Positions 53,149 through 56,342 of a stretch of DNA of 56,342 nt are shown here, piece after piece. The notes under the pieces are model-generated. The model ran no database searches. It saw nothing but the letters and a program-made list of their open reading frames with translations, and had not been told where the DNA came from. Each line of letters opens with the position of its first letter. Within the stretch, counting starts at the first letter, position 1. The translations under genes and the position numbers were made by a program. Source of the DNA: Salisapilia sapeloensis CBS 127946 (lineage: Eukaryota > Protista > Oomycota); NCBI GenBank assembly GCA_023334545.1, contig JAADVB010000113.1, positions 1 through 56,342 on the forward strand. Reading direction: 5' to 3'.

Positions 53149-53302
53149 GTCAGCTTCTCGAGTAGGATGTCGTGGCTGGTAGCACCTTTCTCCACATCAT
53201 GCCATCAAAGATGCGAATCAGATGTATCTTGAAGAGATTTAAAGGGGTATAATCTGATAATTGATTGGCAAGATATCAAACGGATGACTTTGCTTAATTC
53301 AA

Positions 53303-54447
53303 TTATGCTACTGCACTTAGAGGATTTACTTGGTCCTTTCCTTCCATCTTCTCTTCAAAAAGTTTCTCCACTTCTTCAATACGTGCTTTGAATCGCTTCC
53401 AGCTCTTTCGTGGCACTGGAAACATTGGTTTGTGAAGTTGTTCATGATTCCACCATCGTGCAACTACAATTTCTTTGCCTGAAGGTTTCCCACCGATGTC
53501 TTGAGAAATGAGCGTTGTCGTGAGCTGAATGACTAACTGAATACTTTCTTGCACACGTTCCTCTGGTTGATACGGATACAACTCGTCCTCTTCCACTGAT
53601 TGCACCACAACCATCGCGGACGGACGTCCGTCCATGTCTGGATCACTCGGTTTATACTCACAGAAGCAAATGACATTGATTTCGACCGTAAACCCGTCCG
53701 AGTTCTCCGTCACCATGCGGTTCTGGTGCAATGAACCCGACAGACTGTTGCCGGCGTTTTCACGTAATGCCATTTCCTCTAGCTGCGACGAAATGGAGAT
53801 GTCTAAATTCACAATTTGAAACATATTGCGATCGAAGACTTGCTTTACACTGTCTTCGTCGGTAAAGTGAACTGCCTTGCAACTGCTGTAGTCGTAGGAG
53901 CCAGACGGCAGGTCACGCTTTCTAGATTCGGACATCTCTAGACTCGGGTCGATGCCGTGAAATCGTTGCTTTATAGACTCACGACCACTGTGCATCATGT
54001 CAGGGAGTAAGGAATGGAGTAAATCGTAACGCTGTTGTGGGTCCTTTGTCAATCGAATTGCTTTTCCCAAGAAATAGACGCCACTGTCGCCCCCAAACGT
54101 ATCATTCAGGATGGATCGAGCTGCCGCCAAGGATTCGAAGTTGTGCTCTACACCATCACGCAATAGCATATTTGTACGGTGGGCATTCTCCAATGTATTC
54201 AATGCACTGCTTTGCACTACACGCTGCTTTTTTAAGTACTCGATTTGAGTTTGTAGTTCGCTCTCTTCTTCTTCCAGTCGACGTTTTTCTTCCTACCCAC
54301 CATTCAACAATCTTTATGCATGCCAATATAGTACAACAGAACTACTGATTAACACACCTTTCGAACGAGGTAGAGCGGCTTGCTTTGCTTTTTACGAGCC
54401 CGAGGAGGTCTCGAAGAGCTCGAGTCATTCGAGCTGTGCGTCGACAT
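53303..54447 (-). CDS. Oomycete bZIP-like basic/coiled-coil plus START-like (M96-family-like) protein, 2 exons
   Basis: join(54358..54447, 53303..54292) with a 65-nt GTGTGT...GTAG intron gives RARKKQSKPLYLVRK|EEKRRLEEEESELQTQIEYLK; downstream VQSVEEDELYPYQPEERV is a family-type motif. The start could be further upstream (frame open to 54735). Confidence 0.75.
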
Positions 54448-55602
54448 TGTCGGAATGTTGTTTGTTGTGTACCTAGTTTGGCTATTTTGAAGTTTATTCT
54501 GTTTATCGTGGATGGCTTTATAAGAAGTAAAAAGAGTGGTAGTCGATTTCCACATCACATTCAAAAGACTAGTAGATTTTTCAGATATCATCTGCACTTG
54601 CATCACGCTTTCCAGCGCTTCTGTCGCCTTTGGTACTGAATTTTTTCTATTAGTTGACTGTATAGCGTATGAGACATTTGGATATGTCCTCGATACACCT
54701 CTACATGTCCAAAAGCAAATGGTATTGTATGCCATCGTGCTGTGGCTTCTGAACGTGGTGCAACCGAATGTCCATTTTCAGTCTCTAATCATTGACAGCA
54801 TGCACAAGTCCACAGAGCTCAAGGAGACTAGAAATCAACCACTGAGCCAAGATCTACACAATTATGAATCGACTTTATTCCTGTGTCATCTACAGAGAGC
54901 GCGGGTGTAGTATCTCCAGGTTACCAGTCACAGCTGTCTACTTCAACAAACTGTTATGAATTGCCCGGTGTTTCCAAAGAAATAGACAAGTAGTTTATCG
55001 ACAGTAAGTCTCTAGCTTAAACGTAATAGTGTCGCAGTTGACACTGGCGAAATGTTCTGCTTAATACTTGATACGACCTTCATGGCGATTATCATCGCTG
55101 TATCCGTGCCATTCCCTTTACTTTTCTAGTCGTTTGTTTTGATTAAAAGCATTATAAACGATTTGCGAGGAGACTGATGGATATCTACAGTGTGCATGCG
55201 TTGTACTCAAAATTGAAACCAAATTTAAAGCCGTATACGCCACTGGGATGCTATGCAAGCACAATTCTAGGCATGTCAATGGTACCGAGACTACATGAGC
55301 TGTTCAGATGTGGTGAAGTGCTTTGGTAGACAAAGGGCTATCTTGATTGGCCTTTACATCCAACAGGCAAATGTATCCTTCCACTGATTGTAAAATTTGC
55401 ATTGAAACAACACTTGGATCCACTTGTGCATCCCATGCCGACGACGTAGAAAATCTTGACCGCTAGCGATCGATGAACCTAGAGCATATCAAAATTCCAG
55501 TGCAGAACAAGAATGGAGTAAAGAAACAGATAATCCTTAAGTTGTAGATGGAAAGATAATCATCAAGTGTATATATTCACGTTTGATTTGCATCACAAAT
55601 GG

Positions 55603-56085
55603 CTAAATATGGTCACTGTTGTTCGCGTATTCTTCTTCCTGGACACGTAGGAAGATTATAAACGCGAGGAAAAGCAGAACGTACAGTAACGTTTGGATGG
55701 TGGCAGAGTGAACTCGACACCATTGCTGGCATCGACGCCATCTTCCTGACCGAATGCGACCCCAGAAATCCTTACACAATCCCCCTGACGGCAGCTTGCT
55801 GTCTCCCTCGATGTGTATCTGAGTATGGGAGCGTGCGGCGCCATCCTGAAACCCACTCTTGCCCGTGATGGCTTGCTCCAACGCCCGATTCCGGACGGTT
55901 GTGAAATCTCCCGTAAGAAGTGGCGATCTACAGAGCGGACACGCATCGACACGGGCGAGACAAGCGTCAAGGCAAGATTGGCAGAAGCTGTGGCCGCAAC
56001 ATGTCGCTAATGTTGGAACGGCAAGCGTTTCTAGGCACACCGGACAAAGCCAATACTCCAACTCTCCAGCCGACGAGTCGCCCAT
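55603..56085 (-). CDS. C3HC4 RING-finger E3 ligase with C-terminal transmembrane helix
   Basis: CPVC...TCCGHSFCQSC...CPLC, then RNRALEQAI and TM TLLYVLLFLAFIIFL. The 3' end may include another exon (see findings). Confidence 0.88.
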   Translation of the reverse strand: MGDSSAGELEYWLCPVCLETLAVPTLATCCGHSFCQSCLDACLARVDACPLCRSPLLTGDFTTVRNRALEQAITGKSGFQDGAARSHTQIHIEGDSKLPSGGLCKDFWGRIRSGRWRRCQQWCRVHSATIQTLLYVLLFLAFIIFLRVQEEEYANNSDHI

Positions 56086-56258
56086 CTCTTCCTCTTTCAA
56101 TCAACTTTGGTACCCAAAACGATTAAACAGAAAACAGTCGTCTTATTCACTTTTGCATCCTACTCTTCATCTGTTTCTTTTTTCTCTTTCATACTTATCA
56201 CGGAAGGCCAAGACTCTCTCTACGGAAAGTCAATGCCCGAAACGAAACTCCAACGCCA

Positions 56259-56342
56259 TTACGTCCGGATACGGTCACCCAGATATGGCACGCGACTCGC
56301 CACCGCCAACGTCGTGCCCTTCACCTTCCCGTACGCGCTAGA
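56259..56342 (-). CDS. Possible C-terminal end of a gene entering from the right edge
   Basis: Open frame SSAYGKVKGTTLAVASRVPYLGDRIRT* with GC-rich coding-like codons followed by AT-rich spacer; only 27 codons visible. Confidence 0.45.
   Translation of the reverse strand, partial: SSAYGKVKGTTLAVASRVPYLGDRIRT

Noticed and set aside
1-56342. Non-ATG starts in the ORF track (e.g. 19703, 39505, 51326, 54217, 56100)
   Set aside because: Artefacts of a prokaryotic start table; replaced with ATG or spliced models. No rRNA, tRNA, snRNA, CRISPR or intact transposon could be supported anywhere in the window.

Overview
Eukaryotic, gene-dense genomic DNA, almost certainly from an oomycete. Evidence: short GT-AG introns (mostly 49-100 nt), oomycete-type INR+FPR core promoters, secreted GH6 glycosidases, START-FYVE, RWP-RK and bZIP-like/START-like families, and a centriolar TEDC1 gene suggesting flagellated zoospores. 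About 27 protein-coding genes are supported. Several are absent from or mis-modelled in the ORF track because they are spliced or cross the window edge: an epoxide-hydrolase-like gene, LSM2, FRA10AC1, mitochondrial AspRS exon 1, CCDC43, a multipass membrane protein and a bZIP-like gene. I found no rRNA, tRNA, CRISPR array or recognisable intact transposon. The best candidate for an undescribed system is a 4TM-ankyrin-TIR-TIR protein (16185-19676) whose first TIR keeps the NADase catalytic Glu (WCLKEL) while the second has Gln at the aligned position. It lies in a 16 kb run of signalling-type genes (Cys-rich mucin-like receptor, PDZ protein, RWP-RK factor, LRR/EF-hand protein, small protein ending in a TOS-like motif). 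Other highlights are a mitochondrion-targeted bacterial-type EttA, a head-to-head pair of atypical SHAQKY Myb paralogues and a head-to-head GH6 pair. All family assignments come from motif recognition by eye; no database search was run.
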